Virus record (IMG/VR): IMGVR_UViG_3300042934_000594
Location: 1-64,000 of that record
Reading direction: 5' to 3' (one strand)
Length of the DNA stretch: 64,000 bases
The notes beneath the pieces were generated by a model that was given only the letters and a program-made list of their open reading frames with translations, ran no database searches and was not told the origin of the DNA. Position 1 is the stretch's first letter. Each line of letters opens with the position of its first letter. Shown piece after piece: positions 20,518 through 27,033 of this stretch. Position numbers and translations under genes: made by a program.

Positions 20518-20967
20518 ATGCTGTCGCAGTTAATCGTGATTGACTTTACAGGAGGTCAACGGAAGTTCAGCTTTGGTGAGTTCAGTGGGGCGCACGACAG
20601 TGCCGTCTCCCACGTCAACTCCCGACCGCTGGCTGACGAAATGACATACCTGTTTAACTACGACAGGTACCACTCCAACCGAACGCTGCTCCAAGTCGTC
20701 TTTCTGTTCGCCAGCAGTACAGAAGCTGAGTTTTGCCATCGGGCCAATCCCGATCCCAAAGCCCAAGCCTTCTGTCAACGGATCGAGGAGTTGGCGCTGC
20801 GTTACCGGGCTCTTACTAGCAGTCGGTTAAGTGTCGTGAAATACGATGGGTGGAACACACTCTGTGAGTTCAGCTCCACCGAACATGACCTGACTCTCAG
20901 TAACCAACTGGACTGGTTAACGTGTCCGATGACTGACTTACCGGATCCACCGGGAACCGATGCTTAA
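20518..20967 (+). CDS. hypothetical protein
   Basis: GAGGTAGG RBS before ATG 20518. Confidence 0.7.
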   Translation: MLSQLIVIDFTGGQRKFSFGEFSGAHDSAVSHVNSRPLADEMTYLFNYDRYHSNRTLLQVVFLFASSTEAEFCHRANPDPKAQAFCQRIEELALRYRALTSSRLSVVKYDGWNTLCEFSSTEHDLTLSNQLDWLTCPMTDLPDPPGTDA

Positions 20968-21010
20968 GTTATGCGCCTGTGTGTCACCCCTAACCGAAAA
21001 GGAACGTGGT

Positions 21011-21142
21011 ATGGAAAATCCATTGCTTGACCAGATCCACCACAAGCGTCGCATCCGTCAATTGTTCTACGTCACTGTATTCGCCGTTCTGGCCGTATCG
21101 CTGACGCACATCGTGGTCAAAGGCATTTTGCCAATGTTCTAA
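21011..21142 (+). CDS. small membrane peptide
   Basis: AAGGA RBS; single hydrophobic helix. Confidence 0.55.
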   Translation: MENPLLDQIHHKRRIRQLFYVTVFAVLAVSLTHIVVKGILPMF

Positions 21143-21146
21143 TTGT

Positions 21147-21177
21147 GTCCTCCCTACACCCGTGGGGAGGGCTTTAT
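21147..21177 (+). terminator. CCTCCC/GGGAGG-family hairpin
   Basis: gtcctccc-tacacccgt-ggggagggc-tttat. Confidence 0.55.
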
Positions 21178-21197
21178 ACCCTTCTGGGAGCAGTACC

Positions 21198-21434
21198 GTG
21201 TCCACAACCAAAACTGAAACAACGATTGCTGAATTCACCCTGGCCGAGCACTTTAAAGCTCATATCCAAATTGTGCGGATCGTTGAGATCAGCCCGACTG
21301 AGAAGTTTGAGTCGTACCGTATCGACATTAATGAGAACGGTGTGGTGGTGAGCCATACTCGTGAAACCCAACTCGCCACCTGGGACCTCTTCCAAGTGGC
21401 GGTTGAACAGATTGTAGAAAAGGCGAAGAACTAA
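21198..21434 (+). CDS. hypothetical protein
   Basis: GGGAG RBS, GTG start. Confidence 0.6.
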   Translation: MSTTKTETTIAEFTLAEHFKAHIQIVRIVEISPTEKFESYRIDINENGVVVSHTRETQLATWDLFQVAVEQIVEKAKN

Positions 21435-21435
21435 A

Positions 21436-21798
21436 ATGGCTGACCTACCCGTAGTTACCGTGGACCGTAAAACCCTGGTCGAACGCCTGAAGATGCAGTT
21501 AGCCAGCCGTCTGTTACTGCGCCGCTACAAGGCACAAGAGATTTACGCCATGCTGGATGCGTACATCGCGGGTGAACAGTCCGAGGTGGAGCAGCTGATT
21601 GTCGAGCTGGTGACGCACGCCACTCGCGATCGTGTCTTGTTGGGGATGCTCTGCGAACCCAACATCGGTGAAGTCATTCAATTCCCCCATCACACCACCC
21701 ACTACGCCGTGGAGCTCTCAGGTTCCCTACCTAAGCCGGTGCTGACCACCCTGCACGCCTTTCTCAACGAGCCTAAAGAGGTTGCTGTAGATGCCTAA
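21436..21798 (+). CDS. hypothetical protein
   Basis: Abuts upstream stop. Confidence 0.7.
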   Translation: MADLPVVTVDRKTLVERLKMQLASRLLLRRYKAQEIYAMLDAYIAGEQSEVEQLIVELVTHATRDRVLLGMLCEPNIGEVIQFPHHTTHYAVELSGSLPKPVLTTLHAFLNEPKEVAVDA

Positions 21799-21909
21799 AT
21801 TCATGAATGATGACGAATAGACATCACTTTTGTGTATGGTATGTTAGACACTGTCTGACTGCTCTTTCACAACTTAAGCACTACCCCCAGCGGAATGGTC
21901 CGCATTAAA

Positions 21910-21965
21910 GCACCCTTGTCAGCGACTGGGTGCGTTGAGCAACGTGCGCAAGCATCAGGCTCAAC
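21910..21965 (+). ncRNA. candidate small structured RNA (two abutting hairpins)
   Basis: gcaccc/gggtgc stem and gttgagc/gctcaac stem with inner GCAA tetraloop; intergenic, followed by family terminator. Confidence 0.3.
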
Positions 21966-21977
21966 AGATACACACGT

Positions 21978-22010
21978 CATAGGCCCTCCCGATTGGGAGG
22001 GCTTTATGCC
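21978..22010 (+). terminator. GCCCTCCC-family hairpin
   Basis: catag-gccctccc-gatt-gggagggc-tttatgcc. Confidence 0.7.
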
Positions 22011-22032
22011 GTCTCAACCAAACGGAGGCTTC

Positions 22033-22296
22033 ATGGTTATTCAAGAGGAGGGCGATGGGTCAGTGCATCTAGAAGAAGGTCCGGTTCACGTTTACTTGGG
22101 TCGCGACTTGACTCACTTGAAAGAAATCCACCACGGTTACGATCCACGTGACAGTTATCTGTGGATAGATCCATTGGGAGTAAGGCACATGCTTGTAACA
22201 AGTCCACACCTGCACAAAATCATCGACCCTGCCGTCAAACATCGGATTGGGGCTGAACTGTTTATCGATTACTGTTGTAATCACAAAGGACTCTAA
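22033..22296 (+). CDS. hypothetical protein
   Basis: GGAGG RBS before ATG 22033. Confidence 0.65.
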   Translation: MVIQEEGDGSVHLEEGPVHVYLGRDLTHLKEIHHGYDPRDSYLWIDPLGVRHMLVTSPHLHKIIDPAVKHRIGAELFIDYCCNHKGL

Positions 22297-22304
22297 CGCT
22301 AAAT

Positions 22305-22345
22305 GCCCTCCCGCTGGGGAGGGCCTATAACTCTTTATTTTTTTA
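22305..22345 (+). terminator. GCCCTCCC-family hairpin
   Basis: gccctccc-gctg-gggagggc then T-rich tract. Confidence 0.65.
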
Positions 22346-22388
22346 TTGGCTGATTCTATGTAATTTCCTTATTCCCAGGTACCGCACC

Positions 22389-23081
22389 ATGCTTGAAGCC
22401 CTGCTCAGCGGTAAACCCGCCATCTTTTCACAAGCCCCCGTACTGATGCTCGACCCGAGCAATCTGGCAACCGGCTCGACCGCTATCGCTGACAGCTCAG
22501 GGAAGGCTGTGACCGTGACCAACACTGGGGTAGTGGTAGCCAACAAAGGACCTAAGGCCGGGATGAAGTCGCTGTACTTCAGCAACACGGCGAACTGTTA
22601 CCTGCGCCTGCCGTATGCGCAGCTTCCCAACCTGCTGCGTGGTGACTTCACCATCGAGTTCTGGTACCAGCCTGAATCGCTACCCAACGGCGTTGAGGCC
22701 ATTATCGCTCAGTGGGCTCAAATCACCAACAAGGGTGGTTTCCTTACACACACCGGTTCGGGCAACCGCATCTTCACGTGGGGGCCCTACAGCGAGAACG
22801 CTGCCCTTAACACCGAATCGCAAGACACCATCGGCGTCTGGCGACACACAGCCATTGTGCGCAAGGACGGTGTCTTCAGCTTCTTCACGGATGGTACGTA
22901 CCGAAGCGGTGGATCGCGGCCAGAGTCGCGTGACCAGATCGGCGTGGACTGGACCGTGGGGGCCTACTTCGGGCCTGGCAACGGTATCCCACAAAGTGGA
23001 TACGCCCGTTTGAACGGTTGGATAGCAGGATTGCGTGTTTATACCGCGGCCAAATACACCAGTAATTTCACCCCTGCTTAA
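22389..23081 (+). CDS. LamG/concanavalin-A-like domain virion protein
   Basis: SLYF, DFTIEFWY, WRHTAIVRKDG, LNGWIAGLRVY...KY..NF pattern; starts MLEALL. Confidence 0.8.
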   Translation: MLEALLSGKPAIFSQAPVLMLDPSNLATGSTAIADSSGKAVTVTNTGVVVANKGPKAGMKSLYFSNTANCYLRLPYAQLPNLLRGDFTIEFWYQPESLPNGVEAIIAQWAQITNKGGFLTHTGSGNRIFTWGPYSENAALNTESQDTIGVWRHTAIVRKDGVFSFFTDGTYRSGGSRPESRDQIGVDWTVGAYFGPGNGIPQSGYARLNGWIAGLRVYTAAKYTSNFTPA

Positions 23082-23091
23082 TAGGTGCTGT

Positions 23092-23775
23092 ATGTACGAA
23101 GCGTTACTCACGGTTCAAAAGAAAGCCAATGGCGGTGGCCCAGGCCCTAAGACTCTGGTGGCGGGTGACGCCACCAACGGTTTCTACGGAGAAGTGGCTG
23201 CTGCTGATCTCTTTACCGCGACTGAACTGGCGACCCTAACTGGGGCGAATGCGTATGGGACTACCATCAATGACACCACCCCGTGGCTTAAATGCAGCCT
23301 GGACGGCAACGTGGTGTACCTGCCCAAGAAACCTATTCGCCACAGCATGACCTGGTTTCAGATTGATGCCCTAAAGATGCGCACCAAAGCCCAAGACAAG
23401 CAAGTCAGTAAAGACGGCCTGTCATATCGAGTGCGTTCAATGTCGGGGGTGGGCAGTACCTGGACAGGGGTGCAGGGTGAAGACCCACCGGGATGTTCGG
23501 ACAGTGAGTACAACCGGTTGATCTACCGGCTGTGTGTGCTGAACCCACCCAGTGAGACGCCGCCGGTGTTAGGCAGCTACACGCTCGATGACCTGGGGCT
23601 GACCCTGGGCCCTGGGTGCTGTCTGATTTGCCAGGAAGGCGGTAACACCTACGTCCAACGCAACGGGGGTGGTAACGCGACTAACACCAACTCCTGGCAC
23701 TCGCTGCAATCGGGCGTGCGTTCGGACCTGTCTGACCAATATCGTGGGTGGCGACCGATCTTGGAATTGCTCTAA
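23092..23775 (+). CDS. phiKZ-like virion structural protein (GEV / WLK..DG / SEYNRL / WRP.LE family)
   Basis: Family motifs shared with 63031-63741 and 63770-64000; starts MYEALL. Confidence 0.7.
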   Translation: MYEALLTVQKKANGGGPGPKTLVAGDATNGFYGEVAAADLFTATELATLTGANAYGTTINDTTPWLKCSLDGNVVYLPKKPIRHSMTWFQIDALKMRTKAQDKQVSKDGLSYRVRSMSGVGSTWTGVQGEDPPGCSDSEYNRLIYRLCVLNPPSETPPVLGSYTLDDLGLTLGPGCCLICQEGGNTYVQRNGGGNATNTNSWHSLQSGVRSDLSDQYRGWRPILELL

Positions 23776-23833
23776 CCCTTTCTTTAATTCTGGCGGATAA
23801 CTACCGCCCTCCTGCTCTCTAGTAGGCCTCGCA

Positions 23834-24541
23834 ATGATTGAAGCTCTTTTGCAACACTCAGGACCCTTTCGTGAAGACACCGGGAACGTGCTCTTTCTAT
23901 TTGACCCCGAAACCGGCACGGACCTCATGGGCTCAACGCCCACGGTGGCCTATACCAACTCCGCAGGGCCAGATGCTTTCGCCATCCGGGGCAAACCTAC
24001 TTATGCCCTCCCAAACACCAATGCGGGTCTGACCATCACTCTGGCCACACCGCTAAACCTTCAAGGCAAGAACTGGACACTGGAGTGGTCCACGTACAAC
24101 ACAGGTGCGTTTTCTGCCTACGCTTGGGAATTGGGTTTGGTAAACGCCAGTGCAGGGATTCAGGCGCGGTATGGCAACTCAGGTTTTGGCAGTCGTCTGC
24201 AAGTGGGGACTAACTTTCGAACGGTTGGAGCCGCCTGGAACCCACCGGTGTCTAACGCCTCGACGTTGAACGTGCTTAAAGAATACGCCCTGGTCTGCAA
24301 GAACAACGCCATCAGTATGTTTGTTGACGGCAAGAAACAAAAGTTCGCCAACGGAACCGGGTCAGTGTACAACACTGATTCGTTTGCCCCTGCTGATGAC
24401 TTGTCGGGTTTGACCCGGATCATTGCCGGCTTTCAAGGCAGTACGGTCCCGGCGGTAATCAGTAAGCACGGACGCATTCGCATCAGTGACTTTGCCCGCT
24501 ACACCCGCGACTACGAACCTAAGTTGTTGGAAATGGTGTAA
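23834..24541 (+). CDS. LamG-like beta-sandwich virion protein
   Basis: WTLEW, YALVCKNNAISMFVDGKK, RISDFARY pattern; starts MIEALL. Confidence 0.7.
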   Translation: MIEALLQHSGPFREDTGNVLFLFDPETGTDLMGSTPTVAYTNSAGPDAFAIRGKPTYALPNTNAGLTITLATPLNLQGKNWTLEWSTYNTGAFSAYAWELGLVNASAGIQARYGNSGFGSRLQVGTNFRTVGAAWNPPVSNASTLNVLKEYALVCKNNAISMFVDGKKQKFANGTGSVYNTDSFAPADDLSGLTRIIAGFQGSTVPAVISKHGRIRISDFARYTRDYEPKLLEMV

Positions 24542-24568
24542 AAGAATACTGGCGGTAGTATGGTATAC
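24541..24568 (+). promoter_or_regulatory. bipartite promoter of tRNA operon (AAAGAATACTG-N8-ATGGTATAC)
   Basis: Both boxes and the spacer length are identical at 25672-25699; upstream box resembles phiKZ middle-promoter AAanntTAC. Confidence 0.65.
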
Positions 24569-24590
24569 AGGAGCAGTCTGTCCCTGTAAT

Positions 24591-24675
24591 GGAGAGGTTC
24601 CCGAGCGGTCAAAGGGAGGGGACTGTAAATCCCCCGTCGTGTACTTCGAAGGTTCGAATCCTTCCCTCTCCACCA
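24591..24675 (+). tRNA. trnY: tRNA-Tyr(GTA)
   Basis: Full cloverleaf: GGAGAGG/CCTCTCC acceptor, gggga-CTGTAAA-tcccc, long variable arm, TTCGAAT, encoded CCA. Confidence 0.95.
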
Positions 24676-24681
24676 TTTCAT

Positions 24682-24760
24682 TGGGGCATAGCCAAGTCTG
24701 GCCTAAGGCAACAGGTTTTGATCCTGTCATTCGTTGGTTCGAATCCAACTGCCCTTACCA
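24682..24760 (+). tRNA. trnQ: tRNA-Gln(TTG), weak 1:72 and 2:71 pairs
   Basis: acagg-TTTTGAT-cctgt, gttgg-TTCGAAT-ccaac, encoded CCA; U1.U72 mismatch. Confidence 0.88.
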
Positions 24761-24765
24761 TTTAC

Positions 24766-24852
24766 GACCCTTTGCCATTGCCCGCGCTTGCCTATGTGCG
24801 AACAGCGCAGGAGGCGTCGCATTAACCCAGCGGTACGTCCGCTGGGAGGGTC
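24766..24852 (+). ncRNA. structured spacer RNA S1 (three-way junction)
   Basis: gaccct/agggtc closing helix stacked on perfect cccagcgg/ccgctggg helix plus an irregular gcct..tgcg/cgca..aggc hairpin. Confidence 0.45.
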
Positions 24853-24860
24853 ACCCTTGT

Positions 24861-25019
24861 TTGAAGCGTTGAGAGCGAGTGGTGGAACATGGTATACGTG
24901 GGGGATAGCATCCCCTAGTCGGGGAATATAGACTCCGGCCGCCTGTCCGTTGGTGCCTTCGTGGTTTGCGGGTTCGAACCCCGCCTCAGAGAGAACGGAT
25001 CATATTCTCAACGCTTCAA
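24861..25019 (+). ncRNA. tRNA-like RNA L1 (Leu-type D-arm and T-arm, rebuilt anticodon and acceptor domains)
   Basis: Perfect 14-bp terminal helix ttgaagcgttgaga/tctcaacgcttcaa; TGGTGGAAcaTGGTATAC D-arm; gcggg-TTCGAAC-cccgc T-arm; no 7-nt anticodon loop, no CCA. Confidence 0.7.
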
Positions 25020-25026
25020 CTTTTTA

Positions 25027-25103
25027 GACGCCGTAGCTCAGTTGGTTAGAGCACTAGCCTGTCACGCTAGGGGTCGAGGGTTCGAGTCCCTTCGGTGTCG
25101 CCA
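25027..25103 (+). tRNA. trnD: tRNA-Asp(GTC)
   Basis: GACGCCG/CGGTGTC acceptor, ctagc-CTGTCAC-gctag, TTCGAGT, encoded CCA. Confidence 0.95.
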
Positions 25104-25107
25104 TATT

Positions 25108-25191
25108 CAACGTAGGGAGAACTAGGGATCATACCCCTAGCCAGTTACTCATGAACTGGTCGCTTAGTCAGGTATAAAGCAATCTACGTTG
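25108..25191 (+). ncRNA. structured spacer RNA S2 (four-way junction with two 7-nt-loop hairpins)
   Basis: caacgtag/ctacgttg closing helix; ctaggg-ATCATAC-ccctag; ccagtt-ACTCATG-aactgg; gctt-11nt-aagc. Confidence 0.6.
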
Positions 25192-25203
25192 TCTTAGTTT
25201 CAT

Positions 25204-25279
25204 TCCATGATAGCTCAGTTGGTAGAGCAACGGACTGTTAATTCGTTGGTCCCTGGTTCGAGTCCAGGTCATGGAGCCA
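25204..25279 (+). tRNA. trnN: tRNA-Asn(GTT)
   Basis: TCCATGA/TCATGGA acceptor, acgga-CTGTTAA-ttcgt, TTCGAGT, encoded CCA. Confidence 0.95.
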
Positions 25280-25283
25280 CATT

Positions 25284-25313
25284 CATACGGCCTCCCGCAA
25301 GGGAGGCTTTATG
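25284..25313 (+). terminator. GCCTCCC-family hairpin closing the tRNA operon
   Basis: gcctccc-gcaa-gggaggc-tttatg. Confidence 0.7.
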
Positions 25314-25339
25314 TCGGATCTGTATTTAAGGAGTGGAGT

Positions 25340-25660
25340 ATGCTGTCAGTTCGCCTGGATAAAGAGTGTGACGAGTACCTGCGAAAATTGGCAGACCTCG
25401 AAGACCGCTCCATCAACAACCTGATCAAGCGCATGATCCTGGAGCATAAGCGTTACAACCCACTGGCTGAGGACGGTGGCATCCTACAGCTGGAACGGGG
25501 CGTCAAGCATGCGTTCATGATTGTCTTGGACGGTAAGGTCGTAGGGACACTCAACCGCGGTCCTGGTGGGTTACTGGCCTTGGAGCTGGACACTACTAAC
25601 CTAGGTTCTCCTGTGCCACATTGGTCTAAAGACCTGCCAAGCGGTGCTGTGACGGACTGA
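25340..25660 (+). CDS. ribbon-helix-helix (Arc/CopG-like) DNA-binding protein
   Basis: MLSVRLDKECDEYLRKLADLEDRSINNLIKRMI RHH pattern; AAGGAG RBS. Confidence 0.75.
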   Translation: MLSVRLDKECDEYLRKLADLEDRSINNLIKRMILEHKRYNPLAEDGGILQLERGVKHAFMIVLDGKVVGTLNRGPGGLLALELDTTNLGSPVPHWSKDLPSGAVTD

Positions 25661-25671
25661 CCTGGTTACTG

Positions 25672-25699
25672 AAAGAATACTGACCAGGTCATGGTATAC
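25672..25699 (+). promoter_or_regulatory. second copy of bipartite promoter (AAAGAATACTG-N8-ATGGTATAC)
   Basis: Identical boxes and spacing to 24541-24568; ends 18 nt upstream of L2. Confidence 0.65.
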
Positions 25700-25716
25700 G
25701 AAGCAGTTATGCAATC

Positions 25717-25823
25717 CCCTGGGTAGCTCAGTTGGTTAGAGCGTTGCCGTTGTGAGAGTCCGTTAGTCCGGGTGCTTTTGCAGCAGTGAAGGCCGATGGT
25801 TCAAATCCATCCCTCGGGGCCTA
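25717..25823 (+). ncRNA. tRNA-like RNA L2 (intact D/T arms, expanded anticodon domain, CCTA end)
   Basis: ccctggg/cctcggg acceptor with one mismatch; TAGCTCAGTTGGTTAGAGC D-arm; gatgg-TTCAAAT-ccatc T-arm; about 30 extra nt between the arms; own promoter and terminator. Confidence 0.7.
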
Positions 25824-25839
25824 TTTTGTGAATTATACA

Positions 25840-25864
25840 GCCTCCTTCACGGGAGGCTTTATAT
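25840..25864 (+). terminator. GCCTCC-family hairpin
   Basis: gcctcc-ttcacg-ggaggc-tttat directly after L2. Confidence 0.65.
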
Positions 25865-25880
25865 CGTCGAGGCATTAGCC

Positions 25881-26117
25881 ATGTTTGGTTGCTGTAAGTT
25901 CGCCATGCAACATGTGTACTGCGTTGATTACGGGGACAAACCCGATTTGGAAGTACTGAAGTCAGAATACGGTGATGAAATCTCCTTGGAGCAACGGCCC
26001 AATCTGCGCAACCCACAGGACATACCGCTTAAATGGGTGATGGTGAGCCCAGGTAAAGAAGAGGACGTCTGCACGTGTGGTTGCCACGTGCGCAACGGCC
26101 CAGCGATCATGTGTTAG
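25881..26117 (+). CDS. hypothetical Cys-containing protein
   Basis: GAGG RBS; 78 aa. Confidence 0.6.
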   Translation: MFGCCKFAMQHVYCVDYGDKPDLEVLKSEYGDEISLEQRPNLRNPQDIPLKWVMVSPGKEEDVCTCGCHVRNGPAIMC

Positions 26118-26125
26118 GAGCAGGT

Positions 26126-26482
26126 ATGGACGAGCGTTACGAATATGTCCGACTGGAAGTACAATACCAGATTCCCAAGATACTGCTGGACTATCTAGGC
26201 AACGTCGACGATTCCATCCGTAAACACTTGGCAAAGTTTGATGGCTGGGAAGACGCACGCATATTGAAGCAAGTTAGCCGTTACGTGGAGTGCCGTATTC
26301 GTCAAGAGATTCTGGCTAAGTACGAAAAGCTGGAAGTCCAACCCGATTACCTCGATGGGCACTGGGTTGAGCTGATCTTGGCATATCGGGACGCCGCTGA
26401 AGAGGCCAACGACGTCAGGGCAGAGCTTGAAACCATCCGGCGTATGCAGTTTAGAGCAACCATCTTCAAAGGGTCATGTTAA
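26126..26482 (+). CDS. hypothetical protein
   Basis: AGGAG RBS. Confidence 0.7.
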   Translation: MDERYEYVRLEVQYQIPKILLDYLGNVDDSIRKHLAKFDGWEDARILKQVSRYVECRIRQEILAKYEKLEVQPDYLDGHWVELILAYRDAAEEANDVRAELETIRRMQFRATIFKGSC

Positions 26483-27033
26483 TGGACGACGACTACATCA
26501 AGAAACATTTCGGTAACCCACCCGTGCCTGAGGTGGTATCGCATATTCCGCTGATGCGCAATAGTGAGACTGTGGAGGCTACCGCAACCCCTGACATTGC
26601 TCGCTTGGGTGCGGCTATCGACGCCATCGCCAAGGCTACGAAGGGCATGGACAAAGAAGAACTCCTCAAGCGTATGGATCGTTACCTGGAGGACATCAAG
26701 GAAAAGCGTCTGCCCATTCACGTGGGTCCTGCTATTCAAACCAGCGACTACAGTTGGATGGTTTCGATCCCTATCACCGATAAGGGTATTCGTATCCTGC
26801 TGGAGGACGCGGTAATCCACATCGTGAAACAGCACGACCGTGAGGCCGTGCTGTCGTCTGCCGAGTTTGCTGGGAAGATCCAGTTAGAAGTGCTGGCTTA
26901 CCTGCAAGCGATGTTGGATTTCCAGGAATCGAACCTGGAGGTCGATGTTACCTTCAAAGCCTATGAGGGGGAAATCACATACACTGCTAACCTCTACGCC
27001 TTCGGCATCGGCACTCGGGTACATTTTCAATGA
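26482..27033 (+). CDS. hypothetical protein
   Basis: TAATG overlap. Confidence 0.7.
   Translation: MDDDYIKKHFGNPPVPEVVSHIPLMRNSETVEATATPDIARLGAAIDAIAKATKGMDKEELLKRMDRYLEDIKEKRLPIHVGPAIQTSDYSWMVSIPITDKGIRILLEDAVIHIVKQHDREAVLSSAEFAGKIQLEVLAYLQAMLDFQESNLEVDVTFKAYEGEITYTANLYAFGIGTRVHFQ

Noticed and set aside
24761-24860. S1 as a tRNA-associated HDV-like (theta) ribozyme or preQ1 riboswitch
   Set aside because: Could not place the nested double pseudoknot and catalytic C motif, or the preQ1 consensus, by eye; an Infernal scan would settle it
24362-24931. ORFs overlapping the tRNA cluster on both strands
   Set aside because: Region is explained by tRNA cloverleaves and RNA helices; translations are typical tRNA read-through artefacts
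24861-25019. L1 as tmRNA, tRNA-Sec or a YrlA-type Y RNA
   Set aside because: Too short and no tag ORF for tmRNA; no UCA anticodon; arm order is D then T, not the permuted YrlA order, and no Ro60 gene is seen
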